Source of the DNA: an uncultured Candidatus Saccharibacteria bacterium
GTDB taxonomy: Bacteria; Patescibacteriota; Minisyncoccia; Phycocordibacterales; UBA9973
NCBI GenBank assembly: GCA_964553015.1
Contig: CAZKJE010000001.1
Span: 94,278-158,277, forward strand
Length of the DNA: 64,000 nucleotides
Direction: 5' to 3'
In this document: piece after piece, positions 9,990 through 17,414 of the stretch
Numbering within the stretch: the stretch's first letter is position 1
Layout of the letters: every line of letters begins with the position of its first letter
Notes under the pieces: generated by a model
What the model saw: only the letters and a program-made list of their open reading frames with translations
Databases searched by the model: none
Told to the model about the DNA's origin: nothing
Position numbers and translations under genes: made by a program

Positions 9990-10394
9990 CTAAGTGGATA
10001 AAAAGTGACTAAAATAGGCTTCTAATTTAAAAGATAGATATCCTAAAAAACCAAGCTGGATTGTCGGTGTCAAGCCCGTGCCAAGAAATGGAATGATCGG
10101 CATCATGGAATTGTACTCCCACCTGCCGGTCGAAAGAGCATAATATTCTATCAATATAGAAATGATGAGTCCGAAAACAATTATCAGCCAGTCCCATTTT
10201 TTAAATGCAGGCAACAGCACAAACGGCAAAGTTATGAGAACAATATAAATCGCATCCGAAAGCGTAGCGCGTAAAAGAATAAATTCGGTAATTTTCCCGC
10301 CCATATAATTTGCATACAAAACGGCATGCAAATTTTCCCAAATTAGATTTAAGATAAAAGCGGTTATAAATATAAAAAATATTCTTTTTGCCAT
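9990..10394 (-). CDS. Hypothetical small integral membrane protein (about 4 TM)
   Basis: 134 aa, hydrophobic throughout, no recognisable motif. Confidence 0.45.
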   Translation of the reverse strand: MAKRIFFIFITAFILNLIWENLHAVLYANYMGGKITEFILLRATLSDAIYIVLITLPFVLLPAFKKWDWLIIVFGLIISILIEYYALSTGRWEYNSMMPIIPFLGTGLTPTIQLGFLGYLSFKLEAYFSHFLST

Positions 10395-10415
10395 ATTAAT
10401 TTTATTTCAAATATT

Positions 10416-11210
10416 TTATTTTAAATATGTGTCTATATTTTTCTTATGTTCCTCGTAAGTCTTTGTGCAATGAATTTTTCTATTTTTATCATGCAGGTAA
10501 AATAAGCAGTCCGTCTTTTGCGGATTGTAAGCAGCCGTTATGGCATCGATGCCCGGATTGGCAATAGCGCTCGGCGGCAGGCCTTCATACAGGTATGTAT
10601 TGTAAGAAGATTTTATTTTTTTATCCGCGGAGTCTACTTCTTCCCACCATCCTTCCTCCTCACTCCCCTTCGCATATTGCAAAGTGGCGTCTATCTGAAG
10701 CCTCATGCCCTTGAAAATTCTGTTCCAGATAATGCCGGATATCAAGGCCATGTCCCCCTTGCCGGCCGCTTCCCGCTGAATCAGCGAGGCTATTTTAAGC
10801 GCCGTATTCTCATTGATTATTTTTGAGGATTTAGGCTTTTTAATCTTGCTCAATTGCGCGGTAAACTCGTTTGCCATAGTCGCGCCGACCAGCGCCGGAT
10901 CCGCATCTTTGTATATCAGATACGTCTTTGGAAAATAATGCCCTTCCACTTTTACGCTGTTCATAAATTCTGCTTTTTCCGTATTGTCCCAGTCTAGTTT
11001 GCCAGCTACCACTTCTGCCACTTCTTCTCGGCGCAGCCCTTCCTGCACGCGAACGATGCGCACATACGGATTTGCCAGACTGATATAAAAAGAAAGCTTG
11101 GATAGAAGCGCCGGATCAAATTTGTAATAGAAAAACATCGATAAAATTATCAAAATTATTGAGACTAAAATTACAGGCAAGGCAATGATATATTTTTTCA
11201 CACGCTTCAT
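10416..11210 (-). CDS. mltG: Endolytic murein transglycosylase MltG/YceG family
   Basis: N-terminal TM. RIVRVQEGLRREEVAEVVAGKL matches the YceG R.TIPEG.T...I motif. The C-terminus NTYLYEGLPPSAIANPGIDAITAAYNPQKTDCLFYL matches the MltG catalytic end NTY...GLPPgPI.NPG..ai.AAl.P. Confidence 0.8.
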   Translation of the reverse strand: MKRVKKYIIALPVILVSIILIILSMFFYYKFDPALLSKLSFYISLANPYVRIVRVQEGLRREEVAEVVAGKLDWDNTEKAEFMNSVKVEGHYFPKTYLIYKDADPALVGATMANEFTAQLSKIKKPKSSKIINENTALKIASLIQREAAGKGDMALISGIIWNRIFKGMRLQIDATLQYAKGSEEEGWWEEVDSADKKIKSSYNTYLYEGLPPSAIANPGIDAITAAYNPQKTDCLFYLHDKNRKIHCTKTYEEHKKNIDTYLK

Positions 11211-11287
11211 GACGTATAGGCATTATATCATGTAATAAATGGATGCATAAAGCGTCTTAATCGTTACACAGAGGAATAATCAAAATT

Positions 11288-11644
11288 ATGGAAACTATCA
11301 AAAAAAGAGATTTGAAAACGGAAAGAAGCATCCAAGATTGCGGCAAGTGCTACAAAGCATGCACCGCCACTTTTAAGCATTGCATGGAGCTCGGCGGAGA
11401 TCATGTGCTTCCTAAACATTTAAACACTTTAAAAGACTGCATGGAAATCTGCAAAATAACCGAAGATTTTATGCTTCGTGATTCAGAACATGTAAAATGT
11501 CTCTGCGACGAATGCGAAAAGATAACTGAACTCTGCGCGCAGAGCTGCGAGGAGACAGATCCGAACGACGAACAGATGAAAGAGTGTGCCAAAGCCTGCC
11601 GAGAATGCGCCGAATCCTGCAAGGACATGCTCATGACTGCGTAG
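11288..11644 (+). CDS. Cysteine-rich four-helix-bundle protein (DUF326 / Csp-like putative metal-storage protein)
   Basis: 118 aa with about 18 Cys in repeated C..C / CxxxC heptads (CGKCYKACTATFKHCMELGG..CMEICK..CLCDECEKITELCAQSCEE..CAKACRECAESC), typical of DUF326/Csp3-like proteins. Confidence 0.6.
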   Translation: METIKKRDLKTERSIQDCGKCYKACTATFKHCMELGGDHVLPKHLNTLKDCMEICKITEDFMLRDSEHVKCLCDECEKITELCAQSCEETDPNDEQMKECAKACRECAESCKDMLMTA

Positions 11645-11647
11645 TCA

Positions 11648-11672
11648 CTAGGGCAAGGACCGTCCTTGCTAG
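11648..11672. repeat. REP-like GC-rich palindrome, family 1 (ctagggcaaggaCCGtccttgctag); also a bidirectional terminator-like hairpin between convergent genes
   Basis: 7-bp stem gcaagga/tccttgc with loop ccg, exactly in the 28-bp gap between the 11644 and 11673 gene ends. Related copies at 12869, 42565 and 43267. Confidence 0.7.
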
Positions 11673-12815
11673 TTATCTATCCGGTAATAATTTCTCGGCA
11701 TTCTTGTAGGCGTATTTTTCTTGAACATCCGGATTAAGCCTTCCAATAAATGCGCGACTGTATCTTATCAGCGCTTCGCCCACTTTCAAATCGAGCGACC
11801 ATGGCGCTCCGGCGCCGCGATCTGTTCCCCAAATTATCTGATCGGGATGCTTTTCAATAAAACTCTTCCACGTTTCAAGATCTTTTTTAAGAAGCGGTTC
11901 GTAATCTTTAAAGTGAGCCAGAAACTCTTGCTTGCTTACTTCTGGTCTCATAATAAAGGTGTCTCCATAAAGCTCGTCTACTTCATAATAAGCGTTTGGG
12001 TGGCGAGAGAGAATATCATCTATATGTTTCAAATTTTGCCTGCCTCCTTCTTCGTATGGAATGAGCTGGTCTCCATGCCAGATAAAATTTACATCAGAAT
12101 TTTCCGAAAGCACTTTTTCAAACGCCTCCTTTTGACCCCTTCCCAAATGAAAATAAACAAACAGATTATTTTTCTTAATCACAGGATAAATCGCTTCAAG
12201 CCTCGGAGAATCAGGCGGGAGCGCTGGGGCGCCTTTCGGCCCGCCGTTGTCTCCTCGCTCATAAAGGCCTATCTCTCCGTAGCCTTTGAATAAATTTGGA
12301 TAGACCGCAAGCATTTTTCGCAATTCTCCGGCCGTGACTGTCGGAAACCCATCAGCTCTGTCATCGCGGTCTGGCGGCATAATGAGAGGGACAAAGCGCT
12401 CGGGGTATTTTTCCATCGTTTGTTTAACCAGTAAAAGAGATTCGTCAATGATAGGTTCCCACACCGGGAAAAAAGCAAATACCTTTTTAATATTTTCTGA
12501 TTCCATCAGGCAGACATAATCCGCCATGGCAACATTTATTCCCATGCCGAGACGTTTCATAGGACCGTCAGGCTTTCTGAAAGGTCCATCGGGAATTGGG
12601 GGCACATGCATATGCGCGTCGATCAAAGCGCCTTGATATGAATCCGGATATGGCTTTTCTTTTTCTATAGCCTCGCAATTTTTGGGAGCCACTGCGGCTT
12701 CCACCCATTTATCACTCCCTCCCGCTTCTATTCTTTCTCTGATGCGAGGCGCAACAAAAGCTATTCCTGCTAAGAGAATAACAGCTACAACCATCCAGGT
12801 AATTTTCTTTTTCAC
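11673..12815 (-). CDS. Amidohydrolase-superfamily (TIM-barrel metal-dependent) hydrolase with N-terminal signal/TM
   Basis: 380 aa. N-terminal TM, then LIDAHMHVPP (the HxH metal motif of amidohydrolase-2 family) and downstream His/Asp ligands. Confidence 0.6.
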   Translation of the reverse strand: MKKKITWMVVAVILLAGIAFVAPRIRERIEAGGSDKWVEAAVAPKNCEAIEKEKPYPDSYQGALIDAHMHVPPIPDGPFRKPDGPMKRLGMGINVAMADYVCLMESENIKKVFAFFPVWEPIIDESLLLVKQTMEKYPERFVPLIMPPDRDDRADGFPTVTAGELRKMLAVYPNLFKGYGEIGLYERGDNGGPKGAPALPPDSPRLEAIYPVIKKNNLFVYFHLGRGQKEAFEKVLSENSDVNFIWHGDQLIPYEEGGRQNLKHIDDILSRHPNAYYEVDELYGDTFIMRPEVSKQEFLAHFKDYEPLLKKDLETWKSFIEKHPDQIIWGTDRGAGAPWSLDLKVGEALIRYSRAFIGRLNPDVQEKYAYKNAEKLLPDR

Positions 12816-12868
12816 AAAATTAAGTATACCAAAAAATAATCAATACGACCAAACCATAGACAGTAATA

Positions 12869-12892
12869 AGCAAGGACCGTCCTCGCTAGTGC
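12869..12892. repeat. REP-like palindrome, family 1, degenerate copy (agcaaggaccgtcctcgctagtgc)
   Basis: 22/23 nt identical to the 11648 copy, with one stem mismatch. It lies upstream (promoter side) of the amidohydrolase gene, so it cannot be that gene's terminator, consistent with a dispersed repeat. Confidence 0.6.
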
Positions 12893-13062
12893 AAAAAACT
12901 AATTATCTGGTTTTGTGCGCCAGTTAATCTCAAAAGAAATTGAATATTTATTTGGTATTTGCCATTTAGAAAATCTAAAACAAAATAGCTGAAATTTATT
13001 TTCAGAAATTTTCCCAAAACCGAATCTATTCAAAGTAAGCTCTATATCTATGACCATTATTG

Positions 13063-13134
13063 CTCCGGGGGTAGGGATCGAACCTACGACCAATCGCTTA
13101 ACAGGCGACCGCTCTACCGCTGAGCTACCCCGGA
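13063..13134 (-). tRNA. tRNA-Asn (anticodon GTT)
   Basis: Manual fold of minus strand TCCGGGGTAGCTCAGCGGTAGAGCGGTCGCCTGTTAAGCGATTGGTCGTAGGTTCGATCCCTACCCCCGGAG. 7-bp acceptor, D-arm GCTC/GAGC, anticodon loop CTGTTAA, T-arm GTAGG-TTCGATC-CCTAC. No encoded CCA. Confidence 0.85.
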
Positions 13135-13292
13135 ATTTTTATTTATTCTTATCCATTCCCTTTCTACCGCTAAACCCCGCCCGCCTGTGGCGGATACCCC
13201 GGAGCGATGTTTTTTACTTTTAATTTTATAAAGGACTTTTACCATCTTAGCAGAAAACGCAGAAAAAACAATAAAAGAAATCTATAATTCCA

Positions 13293-13538
13293 TTATTTAG
13301 AACGATGAACGCACCCGGCCCAACAGCACGGTCGGCGCATTCCTCCTTTGAGCTTTGAGACAGCTTTTTCTATCCGGATACCCCTTGTTTCTGCTTTTTT
13401 ACCAGAAGTGACCCAGCAGATCCATTCATTGCGCGCGAGCGGAGTGATATTTCTCCATGTTTCCTGTGCTGCTTTAGCAGAATTAAGAGCCTTTCGTAAA
13501 TCTGCTGGCATGCTATGAAGTGTTTCTTTTTTGCCCAT
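13293..13538 (-). CDS. YdeI/OmpD-associated family protein (DUF1801-like)
   Basis: 81 aa. PADLRKALNSAKAAQETWRNITPLARNEWICWVTSGKKAETRGIRIEKAVSKLKGG matches the YdeI/OmpD-associated consensus. The last ~14 codons read into a GC-rich stretch and may be a C-terminal extension. Confidence 0.6.
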   Translation of the reverse strand: MGKKETLHSMPADLRKALNSAKAAQETWRNITPLARNEWICWVTSGKKAETRGIRIEKAVSKLKGGMRRPCCWAGCVHRSK

Positions 13539-13583
13539 CTCAATACTAAAATTTTACTAATAATTTTTATTTCTATTTTTATA

Positions 13584-14816
13584 TCAGGAAAAATCCGAAG
13601 ATGGTTTTTCTTTGCGAGCCAAATATAGAAATGGCAGAGCGGCTAACTGGAAAAATGCTGCGACCCCATAAGAGGCAGCATAGTGTGAAATGTCGGCTAC
13701 TTTGCCCAAAATCGGCTGAATGATTATTCCGCCGCCAGAACCCATGAGTGAATCAAAAGAAAGCACAGTGGCTCTCTCCCCGCTTGGAATTAATCCATTT
13801 AAATACGTCTGGCGCACAGGGGTAAGCGCCGCAAAAATGAGTCCCCAGACAAAAATCAAAATGATTACTGCATAAAAATTATGCGCAACTAAAATTAATA
13901 ATAAAATAAGTGCGGATAAAAATGTTCCGGCAATTAGCACGCCCGTCCTTCTTTTGAATAATTTCTTTATTTTTGTCGCTGACATTCCTCCGACTATCTG
14001 CGCGAAGGCAATGAGAGCAGCGACGAGCCCGGCTATGCCGTAAGCTTTGCCTTTGCCATAAAGCTCGAGCAGAAAAGGCTGCAGGGCGTAAAAAATATAA
14101 AAGCTCACACCGACGGTAAAAGGCGCCGCAAGCATCACCCACCGCACAGGTCTATTTTTTAAACCATTATCGATTGAACTTTTAAAAATCTTTTTAACCT
14201 GCTCTAAGGCTTTATCTTTATTTTTTGGAGTAAAACCTAAATCTTTCATTAGGAAGAAAGCTATTAAAAAGTTTATAGCTAAAACAGCTGATCTTAAAAC
14301 ATAAGGAACGCCTAGATTGGTAAACTGGGCGATTATTCCCCCAGCTATGGAGCCTACAAGCATCGCTCCGCCTCCGGCAATTTGCCCTTTTGCAAAGACT
14401 CCCTCGAGTCCTTTGTTAAAATTGGTAGCGTGCAGGGCATCAACCAGCCAAGCCTCCAGCGCGCCTGAGAAAAAAGTAAAACCGAGGCCTAAAAGGAGCG
14501 AAGATGCTGCCCAGCCCCAAAAAGGTCCCTTGGTATACCACATAAAAAGATAAAGCAAAGTTGAGATCGAAAGAGTAACGCAGCCTAGAAGATATGACAT
14601 TCTCCTCCCCCACATATCGGCGATGATTCCAGTCGGTATTTCAAACAAGACTCCCCCTAAGGTAAAAAAAGCATTTGCCAAAAAAGCCTCAAAATTACTA
14701 AGCCCGGCGTCCAGTAAAAAAAGAGTATTTATACCCCAGATAAAAGAAGCCGCTAAGGTGTTAGTGAGTGTCAGATAAATATAAATGGATTGAATGCTTC
14801 TCGGCTCCTTGAACAT
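13584..14816 (-). CDS. MFS transporter
   Basis: 410 aa, about 12 TM. MFS signature in loop 2-3 (GIIADMWGRRMSYLLG, consensus G-x-LaD-r-x-G-rk-x-x-l). Confidence 0.8.
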   Translation of the reverse strand: MFKEPRSIQSIYIYLTLTNTLAASFIWGINTLFLLDAGLSNFEAFLANAFFTLGGVLFEIPTGIIADMWGRRMSYLLGCVTLSISTLLYLFMWYTKGPFWGWAASSLLLGLGFTFFSGALEAWLVDALHATNFNKGLEGVFAKGQIAGGGAMLVGSIAGGIIAQFTNLGVPYVLRSAVLAINFLIAFFLMKDLGFTPKNKDKALEQVKKIFKSSIDNGLKNRPVRWVMLAAPFTVGVSFYIFYALQPFLLELYGKGKAYGIAGLVAALIAFAQIVGGMSATKIKKLFKRRTGVLIAGTFLSALILLLILVAHNFYAVIILIFVWGLIFAALTPVRQTYLNGLIPSGERATVLSFDSLMGSGGGIIIQPILGKVADISHYAASYGVAAFFQLAALPFLYLARKEKPSSDFS

Positions 14817-14876
14817 ATTTAAATTATACTACTTTATTAAAATGTTATATAATTAAGGTATTATTATAGTTCGTTT

Positions 14877-15254
14877 TTGCATATTTTTATGACAAATGAA
14901 AAAAAGTTAGAGTGGATTTTGAGAATCGGTGTAGCCGGAGAATTTTTGGGCCATGGAGTTTTCGCCGTCTTAGGCAAAGCTGACTGGATAAAGTGGACAC
15001 AGCAGCTGACTGGACTGGATTTAGCGACAGCTACGATGTTTATGACTGCAATAGGAGTGTTAGATATTTTATTAGCTATTCTGGTGCTCACCAAGCCTAT
15101 GAAGCCTCTCCTCTTATGGATGGCTTTTTGGGGATTCTGGACCGCCCTCGTCCGCCCGCTGGTAGGTTTGCCAGTATGGGATTTTATTGAAAGATTTGCA
15201 AATTGGGCGGCGCCTCTTGCACTGTATTATTTTTATAAAAGCCGAGGCCGTTAA
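14877..15254 (+). CDS. Hypothetical small membrane protein
   Basis: 125 aa, 3-4 hydrophobic helices, no recognised motif. Confidence 0.4.
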   Translation: MHIFMTNEKKLEWILRIGVAGEFLGHGVFAVLGKADWIKWTQQLTGLDLATATMFMTAIGVLDILLAILVLTKPMKPLLLWMAFWGFWTALVRPLVGLPVWDFIERFANWAAPLALYYFYKSRGR

Positions 15255-15264
15255 ATAAAGTAAT

Positions 15265-16296
15265 TTAAAATATTCTAGAGAAAAGCCTGATGACTGGAGA
15301 TAAAATATAATCCAGAAATTTTGGCTTGTAAGAGAGAGGGTCAAACAACACCGCTTCTTTTTTCCAGCCTTGTATTATTTCGGAGAGCTTGTCTACGGCA
15401 TTCTTGTTTTTAAAAAAAATTCCGACTTCTGAATTTAATTCAAAAGAGAGAAAGTCCAGATTGTGAGAGCCTACTATTCCTTCAACGCTGTCTATGATCA
15501 TAGCCTTTGCGTGATTCATCCGCGGCAAGAGAAAGAAATTTACCCCGAGCTTGGAGAGCTTGTACATAAAAAAATACACTATGCGGTCCGGCAAGTAATG
15601 ATTGCCCTTTTTGGGAACCAATACTTCGACTTTTACTCCGCGCAGTACTGCCTGGTGCAGCGCCCCGATAAACCAATGTTTCGGCATGAAATACGGAGTT
15701 ACAAAAATAATATTACTCTGCGCTTCGGCGATTTTACTTTTATAAAGTTTTTTTAAGGCGAATCTTTTACTGATTGGAAAATTTTCTATGAGCCAAGAAC
15801 GGGTTTTGGTTAAAAAAACTCTTTTGTTTTGAGCGAGTATAACCGGATCTTTTCCTCCGCATTCCGCATATACTTTGGCAAAAGAAGCAATGATAGCTAA
15901 AACGATTTTTCCTCTTACGCGGACGGCGAGATCGTCCCAGCGCCTCGCAACCTGATGAAAATTTACTCCGCCGATAAAAGCTACCTCTTCATCCACGACA
16001 AGAATTTTCCTGTGTATCCTATGCAAAAATCGGCTGAAGAAAAATATTTCTGCTCCGCTTTCGCGAAGTTCTTGGACTGCTTCTTTGCTTAAGTCAGAGC
16101 TGCCAAATGAATCCAGCACTACGCGAACCCGAAGCCCTTCTTTTGCTTTATTTGTGAGCAAGTTCAAAAAATCAAAACGCTTTACGTCGTCGTTGAAAAT
16201 ATACATTTCTAGATACACAGATTCTTTCGCAGCTTCTATGGCCTCAAACATAGCCTTCCAAGTGGAATAAGAACTGGCGAAAAATTTATACTGCAT
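15265..16296 (-). CDS. Phospholipase D-family protein (two HKD motifs; cardiolipin-synthase-like)
   Basis: HRKILVVDEEVAFIGGVNF and HAKAMIIDSVEGIVGSHNLD are two HxK(x4)D motifs. Start trimmed to MQYKFF (16296) because the longer ORF-track start at 16329 overlaps tRNA-Ala. Confidence 0.75.
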   Translation of the reverse strand: MQYKFFASSYSTWKAMFEAIEAAKESVYLEMYIFNDDVKRFDFLNLLTNKAKEGLRVRVVLDSFGSSDLSKEAVQELRESGAEIFFFSRFLHRIHRKILVVDEEVAFIGGVNFHQVARRWDDLAVRVRGKIVLAIIASFAKVYAECGGKDPVILAQNKRVFLTKTRSWLIENFPISKRFALKKLYKSKIAEAQSNIIFVTPYFMPKHWFIGALHQAVLRGVKVEVLVPKKGNHYLPDRIVYFFMYKLSKLGVNFFLLPRMNHAKAMIIDSVEGIVGSHNLDFLSFELNSEVGIFFKNKNAVDKLSEIIQGWKKEAVLFDPLSYKPKFLDYILSPVIRLFSRIF

Positions 16297-16301
16297 TGCA
16301 G

Positions 16302-16374
16302 TGGACCGTACAGGACTCGAACCTGCCACCCCCTCATTGCAAATGAGGTGCTCTACCAGATGAGCTAACGGCCC
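16302..16374 (-). tRNA. tRNA-Ala (anticodon TGC)
   Basis: Minus strand GGGCCGTTAGCTCATCTGGTAGAGCACCTCATTTGCAATGAGGGGGTGGCAGGTTCGAGTCCTGTACGGTCCA. G3:U70 Ala identity pair present, anticodon loop TTTGCAA. An upstream sigma70-like promoter TTGCAT-16nt-TAGAAT lies at forward 16386-16413. Confidence 0.85.
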
Positions 16375-16429
16375 ATAACAAAGATATTCTATCTTATTTC
16401 TCTAATAATGCAACTAGTTTTATGGCTAA

Positions 16430-16516
16430 AAACAAACCCCGCCCAAGACGAATCAAGAGCGGGGTTTGCGGCACTTATGTTGTTTACGATAAATGTAAGA
16501 TCACCCTTACACTCAC
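16430..16516 (-). ncRNA. Candidate small RNA (~87 nt) with its own promoter and intrinsic terminator, between rnpB and tRNA-Ala
   Basis: On the minus strand, TTGCAT (fwd 16546-16551) - 17 nt - TATACT (fwd 16523-16528) precedes GGGCUGUGAGUGUAAGGGUGAUCUUACAUUUAUCGUAAACAACAUAAGUGCCGC. That ends in hairpin CCCCGC-17nt-GCGGGG (fwd 16440-16467) plus UUUGUUUUU. No ATG in the transcript. Confidence 0.4.
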
Positions 16517-16573
16517 AGCCCGAGTATAGCATATATATAAAAATAATGCAAGTTTTTAGGGTTTAGTAACAGA

Positions 16574-16601
16574 AAAATCCTCTCTTTCAAGAGGATTTTT
16601 C
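16574..16601 (-). terminator. Intrinsic terminator of rnpB (aaaaatcctctctttcaagaggattttt)
   Basis: Perfect 9-bp stem plus U-tract immediately 3' of the RNase P RNA on the minus strand. Confidence 0.7.
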
Positions 16602-16611
16602 ATGTTTTGCC

Positions 16612-16950
16612 CTGTATTCTATAAGCCGAATTCTGTTTCATCACGCCGTAGCTTTCGCAGAGGCGGATAACGATAGCAATTTGTCTAGGCCCCAAATTAC
16701 TCGGGGGCTCAAGCGATTCTTCCCACTATGCATAAAGCTTCGCGGGACACGATCTTGCACAGGAGTAAGTATTTAGCCGTTTCACTCCGGATTCACCCCG
16801 CTAGGCGGGGCAAGCCGGCATCGTCTCTGTTCGCAACTCCACATCGCTATGGAAGGGCGTTACCCTTTACTTTTCCCATCCCTAAGGGACTCGCTGTGTT
16901 CGGACTTTCCTCTCCAGCTTGCGCCAGAGTAGCTATCAAAATACAGAACT
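16612..16950 (-). ncRNA. rnpB: RNase P RNA, bacterial type A (ribozyme subunit)
   Basis: Minus strand has GGAGAGGAAAGUCCGAAC (P4 5' strand, consensus AGGAAAGUCCGGGCUCC), GGUAACGCC, GCGAACAGAGACG, GAGUGAAACGGCU and 3' ACAGAAUUCGGCUUAUAG (P4 3' strand, consensus ACAGAAcCCGGCUUA). P1 pairs CUGUAUU/AAUACAG. The ORF-track entry 16728..16952 (+) falls inside this RNA and is spurious. Confidence 0.85.
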
Positions 16951-16973
16951 AAAGACAATGATACTATAAATTT

Positions 16974-17414
16974 TTAATATGTAAATAGCGCTTTGTCCCC
17001 AACTTTGAGATTATTTCTTTCAGAGAAACCTGACACAACCTCGAGGACATATTTTGCATTAACCTTCGGATCAAAAGTTTCCGGATAGGATTCCGGTCGA
17101 GCGTCTTTTTTAACATAAATTACTTTTTTATCCACGCTCAGCCATATAATATCTATCGGGAAATTCATATCCTTCATCCAGAAGACATACGGGCCCGGCT
17201 TTTCAAACACAAACAGCATGCCGGCGTTTTGGGCGAGACCCGTCCTGCCGGAGAGACCTTTTTCTTTTTCTGCATCACTTATAACCAGATCAACTTTTAT
17301 ATTCTGCCCCGCTATTTTTATTATTTTACTATTATCAATATTGACGACCGTCCAAAAGTGATAACATGCTGCAAGTAAAATAGCTGCAATAACAAAAGGC
17401 AAAATCTTTTTCAT
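16974..17414 (-). CDS. DUF192 (COG1430) family protein with N-terminal signal/TM
   Basis: 146 aa. GLSGRTGLAQNAGMLFVFEKPGPYVFWMKDMNFPIDIIWL matches the DUF192 core G.mgR..l....GMLF.f......FWMknt..plDiiF. Confidence 0.6.
   Translation of the reverse strand: MKKILPFVIAAILLAACYHFWTVVNIDNSKIIKIAGQNIKVDLVISDAEKEKGLSGRTGLAQNAGMLFVFEKPGPYVFWMKDMNFPIDIIWLSVDKKVIYVKKDARPESYPETFDPKVNAKYVLEVVSGFSERNNLKVGDKALFTY

Noticed and set aside
15265-16329. Longer N-terminal extension of the PLD-like ORF
   Set aside because: The extra 11 codons overlap tRNA-Ala (16302..16374). The internal Met at 16296 gives a non-overlapping start.
16430-16516. Identity of the candidate sRNA as SRP (4.5S) RNA or 6S RNA
   Set aside because: No GGAA tetraloop or AGCAG symmetric-loop signature of SRP domain IV, and too short for 6S. 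Left as an unassigned sRNA candidate.
16728-16952. 74-aa ORF on the plus strand
   Set aside because: Lies entirely within the RNase P RNA gene, whose conserved P4 and other motifs are unambiguous.
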